This document shows positions 23,971-35,479 of a DNA stretch of 64,000 nt, one piece after another. Position numbers and translations under genes: made by a program. How positions within the stretch are numbered: position 1 is the first letter of the stretch; every line of letters starts with the position of its first letter. Under the pieces are notes generated by a model. The model searched no databases. It was not told where the DNA came from and saw nothing but the letters and a program-made list of their open reading frames with translations. The stretch is taken from positions 17,822,720 through 17,886,719 of the forward strand of contig NC_057731.1 in the NCBI RefSeq assembly GCF_004010195.1, read 5' to 3'. This stretch comes from Chiloscyllium plagiosum. Taxonomy: Eukaryota.

Positions 23971-24534
23971 ACACTGGATGGTGTTTCAAGGCTAATTTCC
24001 AGGTTGTGACCACAGTAGCAACCCCAGATCACTAACTTCATTGGTCATTGACATGTCTTAGCAAAATAAATGATGGTGAAAGCTAAGCACCACTATTGTT
24101 GATTAGAAAGGATTATTTTGTTTAATCAGTGTAAATTAGAATAGTGATTGTATATTTTAAGATTCAGCTCAATGGGCACTCTTATGATCTATTCTCCTGT
24201 GAACCAGTATGTCTTTCACTGGTATTGTCTAGAAAAATATTACCAGATTTGGAGATTAAACATGGTACCCTTGCCACTATATTATAATTGATGGAAATAC
24301 AATATGTGAGTCTCTTATCATCAGTAGGTAAGTGAATATATACAATTTATTAGCTCTGATCCACCTGAGAAATTGGAAAATACTTCTATTAAGACTGAAT
24401 AGGTAAATGAACATTATTCAGTGCAGATGTCTTTCAAACTTAGATATCCTCCTCTTGAAGATTCCCAACTTGAAATGTTCTGCTTTTGTTCTCCTACCCT
24501 AACAGCAATAGTACTTATTTTTCCCCAGCACCCA

Positions 24535-24735
24535 TGTCGTGTGAGTGCAGGTGTCAGACACAGTGAAGAACAACAGGTGTTTAAATCTTTATTTGTATTC
24601 CACCACCAGGAAGAAAGGAAACACCCGAGTGGCCAGTGACAAGCAGTGCCCTTATGAAAGGGCAATGCTGCGTGATCAAAACGGTGAAGGAGACGGCATG
24701 GATAACATTAAAATAGAGTTGGAGGGAGAAATAAA
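24535..24735 (-). mobile_element. Older copy of the Tx1-like 3' end seen at 19230-19532
   Basis: Shared sequence gcaggtg..agacacagtgaa..ccaccaccaggaaga..aaacaccc.gtggccagtgacaa..aaaatagagttggagggagaaat. Confidence 0.8.
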
Positions 24736-25870
24736 ACACTGAATTGTTCTGCTATTGAAAGCTGTGATGTCAGCTGCTTGGATCTTAAGCTCTGGAATTT
24801 CCTCCTTGAATTTCTTTGACTTCTCACCCTTTCAGGCATTTCTTTAAAAACTGTATTTTTGGTTCAGTTTTTGGCCATATGCCCTAATGTTTTTTGGTGC
24901 CTTTGTTCATATTTTGTTTGATAATGCTCCTGTCTGACATGGGGAATATACTGAGCTCAAGTATAAAGGAGGTTACAGGAAAATCTGTGCAACAGAACCT
25001 TCCCTTGCTGGAGGTGATGGTAAGAGAGCACACTGAGCAGGACAGCTGGAGCAGTTGAATAAAGGAAGCCCGATGAGAGAAGATCAGACAAATAAAAGAT
25101 TTCCTCAACTGGATGTAAACCACAGGTTTCCAATTTAAATACTGTGCCTTCTTTCTTAACTTTAATTTCCCTTCATATTTGTAATGACCTGATACCAGTG
25201 GAATAAAGAATCCTTGCTTCATGATCTTTAGGCTGTCCATACATTCATATCTCATGGGTGAGCGCAGTGAGCTATGGTGTGATCTGTGGCAGAATAGGAT
25301 GAGAAATCTGCTAAGGTCCATCTCAATGTTGTGAGCATTTTGCTGCATGTTTAATGCTTTCCACAAATGGTCTGCTGCATTTCTCACTGGGCAACGGTGA
25401 CCTGCAATTATAAGGGGGTTATTGCTTGTTAACTGTCTCATTTATAGCTCCACTCACCTCAGTGACATTCAGCTTTCTGTCTTACCAAACAAGACAAGTG
25501 TAGAATAACCAAGGTAGAGGCCAGAGCAGATCTGGCACCTTCAGCTCATCGATTGCTCCGAATGACCTCCACGTTGGATACCGGGCAGCAACATCCAAGG
25601 GCGTGCGGATACGCCCCACACTCAAAGACATTGACAGCTTCCAAGTATCCTCATAACACATCTCTGATTCAATTATAGCTCACTTCTGCATTTCAATGCT
25701 GCACCTCTGGCTGCAGCAAGAACAGTTTGAGCTTGGGCATGCACCCAGCTCATGAACTGGACCAGACTGCATCCCTGGGCTCTTTGCTTGCTGTCATAGT
25801 GCTCACTCACTCTGAACCTATCTGGATGATCGCAGTCTCCCTGCCTTATACTGCCTTGCCCTGTCTTGTC

Positions 25871-26636
25871 TGTTACGACATGGCAGTGAACCCTTCTATT
25901 AATTAAACCAAACACGCAGTAAAGCTCACCTCACCTTGTAATCTGTTAAAATATCAGTGACAAAGAACTCCCAAATACCACTATTTATAGAAACTAACAT
26001 TAATTTATTTTTTAACTCTAAAAGTGGGCATTAAGCAAATATTCAAACTCTAAGCCTCCCCTTTCTCTTAACTGCTTATTACCTGCCCCCAACTTGATAA
26101 CAATATGCTGTTCCAATAAGACATTTATTAAAACTACATCAACTTAATTTCAAAACCACACAGCTACTGTTGTCTTCTGTGACTTAACTCTTCTAGCTGC
26201 TGAATTCCCTGGGTCATCTTCTTTCTTTTTACTGCAACTATGTTTCATATGAAAAGTACCTTTGATAGAGAGGGTTTTCTAATCTCTTGGGTCTCTCTTG
26301 ATGGCAGTTGCTCTCTCTCCAATTTTCAAAATGCCTGCATTTTTATATCTCCAACATCATCTCATTGGTTTGATGTTGGCGAAAAAATAAATTCAAACTC
26401 CATTGGGCTTAGTATACTGGGGCATAATTTAAACTGATTGGTTAAATTCAAATTATTGTCAATACAGCAACCAAAATTCAGGTATCCATTTCACAGCCAA
26501 ATTTTACATATTTTCAAATTTTCCAGTACACTCTGGGAATGCCATTTAGTCATTTACCAGGTGCTTGTAAGCTCTCAGTTCAGAACAACACTCACTCTCT
26601 CTTAAAGGTACAGTACACGTCTTCAACTTCATAACA
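25871..26636 (-). mobile_element. Solo LTR (probably Gypsy-type)
   Basis: Termini TGTTACGA...TCATAACA (TG..CA, inverted). Flanks are tgtc and tgtt (near-4-bp TSD). AATAAA on the - strand. Confidence 0.7.
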
Positions 26637-27419
26637 TGTTTTTCTGCACTTTGTTCCCTCCACCAAAGGTGCCAGGTTACTGCTGTCACACTCACTCTAT
26701 CTGTGTTACTGTATCCACATTCCACAAAGACACATGTTCCACCACTACTTCTGTCTTGTTTTGTTGCTTGTCACAAATACAGAGGAAAGAAGCTTATTGT
26801 GGTTGTCAGCAGTCCCCTGTTAAGTCGAAGGGATCGTTTTCACTTAGCGGGTCCTGACACAATAAGTAAAAGGAAGCCTTCAAATCCAGTGCAGGGGCTT
26901 GGACATGGTCAGTCAGCCACTCAGGGCAGTCAGAGTCAGGATCTTCCTGACATAAGTGGGGAAAGAACCAAATGTCAGGCAGCCCACCACCAGTCTTGAC
27001 TCCGTTTCTCTTTCAGTGGCTGTTTTCCTCCTGGAATGAGAGAGAAGCAGGTACAAAGGGTGATGAAAGTGGGTACTTTTGGTGCAGGTGGGAAGATATC
27101 CTGAACAAGTGAGTAGACAGCACATAGGGCATACAGGGTTAGTGTGATGCAGCTTGATGGGTGACAGTGAATTGCAGGCAGTTATGAGAGCAGTGGAATG
27201 TGGGTGCAGTAACAGAAATAGAGTGCATATGAGGTATCAGAGAGAAAAAGGTGAAGAGACTAACCTTCTTCCAAGCATTTGGCAAATTGCAGCAAGAGAA
27301 CTGATCAGGCCTCACAGCAAATCAAAACCCTCCAAAAACCTTCACACAAACTCAGACTTAGCCTAAAAAAACATAAGATTCAGCCCCATTTTACCTCTTC
27401 GAACAGTCAGGCAGTGTCA

Positions 27420-28390
27420 GTATGGTTCTGACAAAATTGTGTTGATCTAATTTATTGGAATTATTAAGGATATAACAAATGAGGTAAATAAAGGGGAATA
27501 TGTGGATGTGGTGATCTTTAAATTTCTGGAATGCATTTGGTAATGGGCTCATCAAAAAGTTACTACATAAAATAAGAGTCCATGCTGTAAGAATAAATCT
27601 ATCGGCCTGGATAGAGGAATCGATTAGCAGAGAGGAGGAATAAGTGGGTCAGTTTCAGGTTGTCATGATGTGACGAGTGCCACATGGATCAGTCCTGGAG
27701 TCTCAGCTCTTTGCAATCTATGTAAGTGGCTCAAAGTCTCTGAATGTGTAGTGGCTAAATTTATTCATGACACAAAGGTAAGAAGTAACTATGTTGTGAA
27801 GAGAACTTAACGAGTCTACAAAGGTAGGTTCTGTGAGTGCATAAAAAATGGACAAATTAAGTATAATGTGGGAAATGTGATTTTGACAAGAAGAATAGAA
27901 AGCAGGTTATTATTTAAATTGAAAGAGATTTTAGAAATCAGCAGTGCGGATGGACCCGGATATCCTAGTACATCGATCACAGGTACGCAGGTACAGAAAA
28001 TAATTAGAAAGGCAAATGGAATGTTGGCATTTATTGCAAAAGGAATGGAATATAAATGTAAGGCCAGGTTGTTCCACCTTTCCAAAGTCTTGGTAAGATG
28101 GCATCTGGCATTTTGTGTGCAGTATTGCTCTCTTACGTATGGACATAGTTGCATTTGAAGCAATTCAGGGAATGCTCATTTGGTTGATTCTTTGGATGAA
28201 GGAGTTATGAGGAAAATTTGGGCCTTTCCCCATTGGAATTTAGAAGAATGAGAGAGAATCTTATTAAAACAAGTTAGCTTCTTAGGGGAGTTGACAGGGT
28301 GGATACTGAGAGGACATTTCCCTCTTTGGGAGACTCCAGCACTCGGATATTCAGTTTAAAAAGTAGACCGTTTAAGACCAAGGTGATGAG
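27420..28390 (+). mobile_element. Old CR1 RT and 3' region, continuing at about 29110-29320 after a nested CR1
   Basis: QVQKIIRKANGMLAFIAKGMEYK..LVR.HL.FCVQY. Confidence 0.8.
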
Positions 28391-28394
28391 AAAT

Positions 28395-29090
28395 ATAGAA
28401 ATGCAGAAGATAAAAACAGGAGTAGATTATTCAGCCCTTTGAGCCTGTTCCGCCATTCAGTATGGTCATAGCTAATGATCTAACTCAGTACCTTGTTTCC
28501 ACTTTCTCCTCATACGTTTTGAGCCTTTTAGCCCTAAGAACTATATCTCACTCCTGCTTGAAAATCGTCAATGTTTTGACCTCAACAGCTTTCAGTGGCT
28601 GAGAATTCCACAGCTCACCATTCTCAGGATGAAGAGATTTCTCCTCATTTCAGTCCTAAATGGCCTATCCCATATTGTTAGACTGTGATTCCTGGCTGTG
28701 GACTTCCCAGTCATTGGGAACATTCTTTCTCTGTTTACCCTGTGTAGTTCTGTTAGAATTTTTAGACACTTCTATGAGATCCCCACTCATTCCTCTAAAC
28801 TCCAGTGAGTGTAATCTTAACTAATCCAGTCTCTCTTCATATGTTAGTGCTGCTAACCCTGGAATCAGTCTGATAAACCTTTACGACACTTCTTCCATAG
28901 TCAGAGCATCTTTCTCCAGGTAAGGAGACCAAAACTCCACAGAGTACTCCAGGTGTGATCTTACCAAGGCCCTGTGCAATCACACAAGATATCCCTGCTC
29001 CTTTATTTGAAACCTCTCGCAAGAAGGTCACCATACTTTCTGCTTGCTTCATTGTCTGCTCCACCTGCTTGTTTACTTGGTACAAGTACT
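28395..29090 (-). mobile_element. CR1 3' end nested in an older CR1
   Basis: Reverse strand has a KQVEQ..K.ESMV.F region and a CR1 tail. Confidence 0.8.
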
Positions 29091-29570
29091 TCCTGATAAA
29101 ACAGAAATCTTTTCTCTTGGAGTCATTTGTCTGTGGATCTGTCTTCCCCAAAAAACCATAGAGGCTGGATCAGTGAATATATTAAAGGCTGAGTACAGGT
29201 TAGTGGGCAAGCTGGTAGGAAATAAGATTTGAGGCCAATCAAATCAGCCATGATTTTATTGAACAACAGAGCAGATTCAAGGGACCGAATGGCCTACGTC
29301 AGCCCATATTTATTCTGTTCTTGTGTTCTTCATAAAAATGCACTAATACCACACCCAGGGCAATGCCCATGGAACTCAGGAAAATTGTGTCAGATTTGAT
29401 TTACATTGGTTTCAATGTTAAACCATTAAGCAAACATCTGTCGTCTTTTCACAACATTGTGCTGAAATTAGCCATAATTGAACATGAATTTTAAGATTAT
29501 AAAAATCAGAATACGTATATTCATATTTAAAATACCGACTTGCTTGAAGTGTCAAAGGAGTAAATATATA

Positions 29571-29858
29571 TTAGATTCCCTACAGTGTGGAAACAGGCCC
29601 TACAGCCCGACCCTCTAAAGAGTAACCCACCCATTTCCCTCTGACTAATGCACCTCGCACTATGGGCAATTTAGCATGGCCAATTCACCCACCTGCATAT
29701 CTTTGGACTGTGGGAGGAAACCAGAGCACCCAGAGGAAACCCACACAGACACAGGGAGAATGTGCAAACTCCACACAGACTGTGACCCGAGGCTGGGATC
29801 AAACCTGGGACCCTGATGCTGTGAAGCAGTAGTGCTAACCACTGAGCCACCATGCCAC
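29571..29858 (-). mobile_element. HE1-like SINE
   Basis: Reverse strand has ggcatggtggctcagtggttagcac (A-box) and ggtttgatccc (B-box), plus core and tail. Confidence 0.9.
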
Positions 29859-31984
29859 GCATTTTCTAAGTAGCAAGCCTTTAATTCACCAGACGAACAA
29901 ATGGAATATGGTTTATTTGTAATCTGAGATCAATTATTTTGAGAATATTGACTATAGTAAAATTGAAATATTTCTTTGGACTTAAGGGGGAATAAAAGAA
30001 CTCAAGGCAAGACTACAGATCTAAAGAGAACAAAATGCGTAAGGATAAAGGAAACACTGATGTTGGACCTGAGAGAGAAAAGATGGACCTTCAGCAAAAT
30101 AGTGTTCTTTCCCTCTTTGCAGAACAGTTGCCGGCCCGACCTTTAAGCTCTGGTTAACTGCTGGGCAATATTTGGCTCTTTTACAGCATTCAAGAATTGT
30201 AACAAGTTTTAGCTGTCATTAGACTGGTTTTGGTTGTCTTCCAAATAGTTCTATTGCAGTTATGGTGGTCTGTCTTTAGGGCTGGAGGACGATGAGGAAC
30301 AGAAAAGATTACAAAATAGAACTGAGGATAACAGGGGACTGGAATACATGGCATAGACTATCAAACATTCATTAGATTTTCAGCAAGCATTTCTACTATA
30401 TCAGGGTCAACGTGTAAAGTGATTCCACTTCACCATGGCATTTTACCATAATTGGAACCTTAAATTCGGCATGGAGCATCCTAGCTGAAGCAGTCAGTCT
30501 TTGTAGCTTAGAACATTTAGATAACGGGGTCCTTTCAGTTGCAGTAAGTGATGTCAGATTAATTTCATGTAATCTGGTGCAAATACAATCCTTCATACAA
30601 ATTCATTCATTGTTTTATTTTCTGTATAGTTATGTACCTTGAAAAAATTAACGTGCAGTAATACAAGACAGAGAGATAAATGTTCAATTGAATTTTGATT
30701 GCAGGAAAAAGACTGAAGCATTGGCAGCCAGAACAAAAATCTGTTTTGCACTTTAGATGGGTACCTTTCTTTATTTCTATCCCTGATCTTGAATCAATAG
30801 ATTTTTACTTCAGCCATTCTAAGGGTAGCAAAGAAACAATAGAAGAGTAGGTATCGTCAGAAGTATGTGATATTTTGAAACAAAAAATTTTCCAAGTAAT
30901 ATGCGGAATTAACAGTGAACTCAACAGACTGAACATCTAAGAAAATAACTTCCAAGTTAACTTTTAAAAGGTGATATGTTATAATGAATAACTGAAGGAA
31001 CAGGAAATAATTGAATCTGGTTTTTGGTTATGAACCTGTGGAAGGATAATTGTATATTACAAAAAACTTAAGTGGCACAGAAAATTGCATGGTTGTGCCC
31101 AATTAAATTAAGTGATACTGTATTCAAATAGAAGCTTGAGTACAAAGTCATGGATGTCCTGGTTTTATGACTTGTTCAAGGAAGGTTGAGCTTTGAGCCA
31201 TAGACTCATTTATCTCTGAATGTGGTGACTTTTATAATTATTCAGTTCTTATTCATCATTAGAAACTGAAAAAATATTGGTATGAGGAAGATAATCATGA
31301 TTTGAACTCTGGGGAAGCAAATGAGTGAAGAATTGTAATTCAGTGACCTGAGACAGAGGCACGCATCAAACATAAGTTTCATATAAAGAATGAAAATCAG
31401 ACTTATGAACTTAGGCAGAGGGCTGGGAATTGTGCAGAGATCACAAAGCGGAATGACTTAAAATATTAAATACATAATTTAAGGCAACAACTTAAGGTGT
31501 CACTTGTTCTGGAAATGGAATGCTGCAAGCACAAGAAACTAGATTTTGTGTAAAGTTAGCAATTGATGTGAGATTTTTTAAAAAAATCTACTTGGGGCTG
31601 AAAGTTGGCTAGCTGTATTTTTTTACATGCTGAAGTTGCAATTTGAGATCCGCTGCACCTGTTTAGATAGAGGAGGCAGCACAAGATTTTACTGCACCTA
31701 TCTCATCGGAATGATTGTACCATTGGTCCAAGTGGAGCTTGAGATTTCCCAAACACTGCTGCAGCATTTCTGCTCTGCGGAGCAGAGAACAGCATTATTT
31801 GAAAAGGATGTGATCCAGCTGGTCTTCCCTAATATAAAAGGCTCTCTATTAAATAGAAGCCTTACAGCTGAAGTGAAGGAAGCTGGGACAGTAAACTGTG
31901 CAAACTGCAGGAAGCAGAATGTTGCAGCTCACAAAGTGAAGTTTGCCTGGCACCAAGAATGAAGCAGCATTTCCAGAAAATGTA

Positions 31985-33710
31985 CCTTAATGATTTTTGA
32001 GAAGATTTGTAGCCCAGGTTGATGGTAAGTATGTAAGTTAGCTCGTTGAGCTTGGAGGTTTGTTTTCAGATGCTTCGTCATCATACTAGTGAACATTATC
32101 AGTGATAGTCTCTGATGAAGCACGAGTGGTATGTCCCGCCTCTCTCTTTATAGATCTTGGTTTCTTAAGGTGGGTGATGTCATTTTGGTTCTTTTTTCAA
32201 GGGAATTCAGATAGGATCTAAATTGATATTGACTTCTGGTTAGAATGCCATGCCTCTGACAACCACCTGATGAAGGAGCAGCACACCGAAAGCTAGTGTT
32301 TCCAAATAAACCTGTTGGAATATAACCTGGTGTTGTGTGATTTTTAACTTTTCACACCCCAGTCCACCCCAGTCTGGCATCTCTAAATCATGCCTCTAAG
32401 AATTCTCATGTGTGTCTTTGTTTTGCCTGTTGCGTGTATTGTCCCATTCAAAGTGGTGTCCTTCTTTGTCTGTATGTATAGAAACTAGTGATAGTGGGTC
32501 ATGTCTTTTGGTGGCCAATTGGTATCCTGGTGGCAAATTTCCTGCTAGTTTGTCCGATGTAGTGTTTTTTATAGTTCTTGCACGGTATCTTGTAAATGAT
32601 GTTTGTTTTGTGGTGGTATCTAATGGATCCTTTAGGTTTATTAGTCGCTGTTTAAGTGTGTTGGTAGGTTTGTGGGCTACCATGATGCCAAGGGGTCTGA
32701 GTAGTTTGGAAGTCATTTCTGATATCTCTGAATGTGGTGACTTTTATAATTATTCAGCTCTTATTCATCATTAGAAACTGAAAAAATATTGGTATGAGGA
32801 AGATAATCATGATTTGAACTCTGGGGAAGCAAATGAGTGAAGAATTGTAATTGTGGCTATAGATTTTGATTGCATTGTGTCTGCTTGTTTGGGTTTGTTT
32901 CTGAGGAATCGATGGATTGTGTTTATTGGGTACCTGTTTTTCTTGAAAATGTTATATAGATATTTTTGTTCTGCTTTTTATAGTTATTGGGTTCTGCAGT
33001 GTGATGTAGCTCATTGAAATAATGTCTTGACGCAGCTCTGTCTATGGGTCTTGGGGTGATTGTTTGTGAAGTTAAGTATTTGGTCCTTGTGTGTTGTTTT
33101 TCTCTAGACACTGGTTTGAAGCTCTCTGTTAACTATACGTTCAACTGTCACGTCGTGGATGGGAGTCTGTTGTCGTTCTCCTTTTTTATGAATTTTATGT
33201 CTGTCAGGATATTGTTGATGGTGTTGTATGTTTCATCTAATTTGTTCTGTTGGGCGATGACAAAGGTGTCATCTATGTAGCAGACCCAAAGTTTGGGTTG
33301 GATAGGTGGGCGGGCAGCTTGTTCAAGTCTCTGCAATACTGCTTCCGCTATGAGCCCTGATATTGGTGATCCCAGAGATGTTCCGTTGACTTGTTTCTAT
33401 GTTTTGTTATTGAATGTGAAGTGAGTGGTGAGGCACAGGTTCACTAGCTTGAGGATGTTGTCTTTGCTAATGAAGTTGGTGCTGTGTGGTATTTGTGGTC
33501 TTGGTTTTCCTGGGAGTTATGCCAAAGTTTCTTTGGACAGGTCGATGTTAATTGATGTGAAAAGGGCTGTAATGTCAAAGGAGACCATTATTTCATCCTC
33601 TTCTATCTTGTTGTGTTTGGTGTTCAGGTATTCTTCGGTGGAGTGAATGGAGTGGTGTGAATCTTCAATTAGGTGTTTTAGTTTTTGGTACAGTTCTTTG
33701 GCCAGTCTAT
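31985..33710 (-). mobile_element. Penelope-like element (RT and GIY-YIG), decayed, with nested insertions
   Basis: Reverse strand reads GTSLGSPISGLIAEAVLQRLE..QPKLWVCYIDDTFVI (RT) and YKIPCK..KHYIGQTSRKFATRI..KRHDPLSLVSIH (GIY-YIG). Degenerate hammerhead at 32067-32104. Confidence 0.9.
32258..32388 (+). mobile_element. Short Penelope-terminus insertion carrying a hammerhead motif; 9-bp TSD
   Basis: cac CTGATGA a ggagcagcacacc GAAA gcta gtg at 32264-32298, followed by the AATAAA-containing terminus. TSD catgcctct at 32249-32257 and 32389-32397. Confidence 0.8.
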
Positions 33711-34269
33711 GTATATATGATCAAGGTATTAATTGTAATTCATACATCACCAATCTCTTATTTTGTTCAGTATAGAGGGCTATCATTTATCAACAAGCAG
33801 TGCAGCCTGGTGCTCATCACTCCCATCTAACATTTACACATTACAAACTTGCACACATTTACAAATGCTGCCAGCATCACATTGAGTGTTCCCTCTAACT
33901 TTTCTGGGGCATATGCAGAACCTGAATTAGTCTGAGTGGCACACTGTATCCATTGAGCTGAAATCATGTTGCAACTTTTCTTAGTTTATTTACTGACAAT
34001 TAAAAGCATGTATTTTTGTTATTTTACAACATTCTACCTGCATATTGCAACTTTTCACAGGGTTAATTAATAAAGATAGTATTTATGTTATTTTACAATT
34101 GCAAGTATTCTACCTGCTAAAATTATTTGCTTGGCTCAGAAGTCTGAGGACCTGTATGGTGGTGGTATGTGTATACCACATAAACTAGGTGACCAAAAGA
34201 GGACACGAGTAACTTATTTGTTGGCAGCTTTTCACACCTGTCTTTATTTGCGGCATAATGATTACAAAC

Positions 34270-34385
34270 GGGTCACCGGACTCGAAACTTTAACTCTGCT
34301 TTCTCTCCACATCCAGACCTGCTGAGTTTCTCCAGCAAACTATGCTTTTTTTCAGATTTCCAGTATCCACAGTTCTTTGTTTTAT
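34270..34385 (+). mobile_element. Short Penelope-terminus fragment of another family, with a partial hammerhead (stem II and GAAA only)
   Basis: gggtc-accg-gactc-GAAAC then ...ccagacctgctgagtttctccagca, related to the termini at 49723 and 56150. Confidence 0.6.
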
Positions 34386-34429
34386 TGTTGATTGCAAATT
34401 TGATATTTAGTCCAAATGAAATATACGAC

Positions 34430-35435
34430 TTGATATAATCTGTCAAATTGTCCATGTGATCTATTTCTAATCTCTTTTTGGATTTACTTTTAATCAAGTT
34501 CATGAGCCTAAATTAACACTCACCTGATGCCTGAAATGTTGTACAAATGTGCTGAAGAATGGACACTTCTTGAAGCATTTTTTAGAGCATAGACACCAAA
34601 TCACTGACTTTATGAATGGAACCAGTTGAGAGTTTTCCGACAACCATAAATTTGAAATCAGCATATTCCTCATGTATCTTTGTGGCTAAACTTTCACCAT
34701 TGATTGGCATAAAAGTAAAATGTTTCAATATCAATCACACAGCCCTGTCTGTTCCAAATTCATAATATTCCGTCCTGGTGATTGCAGCCTGATCAAATAC
34801 ATGCCACTCTCGCAATGCCGGTTCTGGAAGTCTGCTTTTCAGATAGTCACATGGCAGTTGAATAAACTGAAGGATTGCAATAGTGTCCCCACATCATTGT
34901 CGAGAGCAGCCAGAATCTTCATTACTCCAATAAACGTTCACCTTAATACTGAATCTTCAGTTGATTAATCATGGCCTTTGCAAATTGTGTAGCTTCAATC
35001 TTTGCCAAACAGCTTCTTTACAAGAATTTGCACAGAGATGTCAGTTCTTGAGGGCATAGTTCAGCGCTGTCAATGCAACGTGCTATTGTGGTTTTGTGAG
35101 CATTTTCAGGCAATATTTATTTATTGGATCACTGCACCTATTCACCTGTTTTCTACAGGACTCAATCAAGGCACTGCAGTTTCACGTTAGTGCACACATT
35201 GCAAAGTGTCTTGACTGCCCTCTCTCTTCATTCAGAGGTTGAAATACCACTGCATCACATGCTGTGACTTTGGGAAAATCTTCAAATTACCCTTTCTTCA
35301 CAATTGTCCTGCTGAACATGCACCATTCTGAGAAAGACTTCAATACCTTGTATAATCCACTCCTGTGTCCAAGCATCATGCATTCCCAGATTTTCTCTGT
35401 GAACAACACAATGCTGTTCTGAGTAATGGTTGATT
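34430..35435 (-). mobile_element. hAT (ZNF862-like) transposase relic; its N-terminal part probably lies at about 39600-40260
   Basis: EQHCVVHRENLGMHDAW matches the hAT motif HCxAHRxxL. Split by the LINE at 35480-39580. Confidence 0.7.
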
Positions 35436-35479
35436 TTTATTTTTTTATTCATTTTGTGGGATCTGGGCATCACTGGCCA

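Noticed and set aside
24884-25441. 185-aa - strand ORF
   Set aside because: No recognisable domain or splice pattern; probably within decayed repeat sequence.
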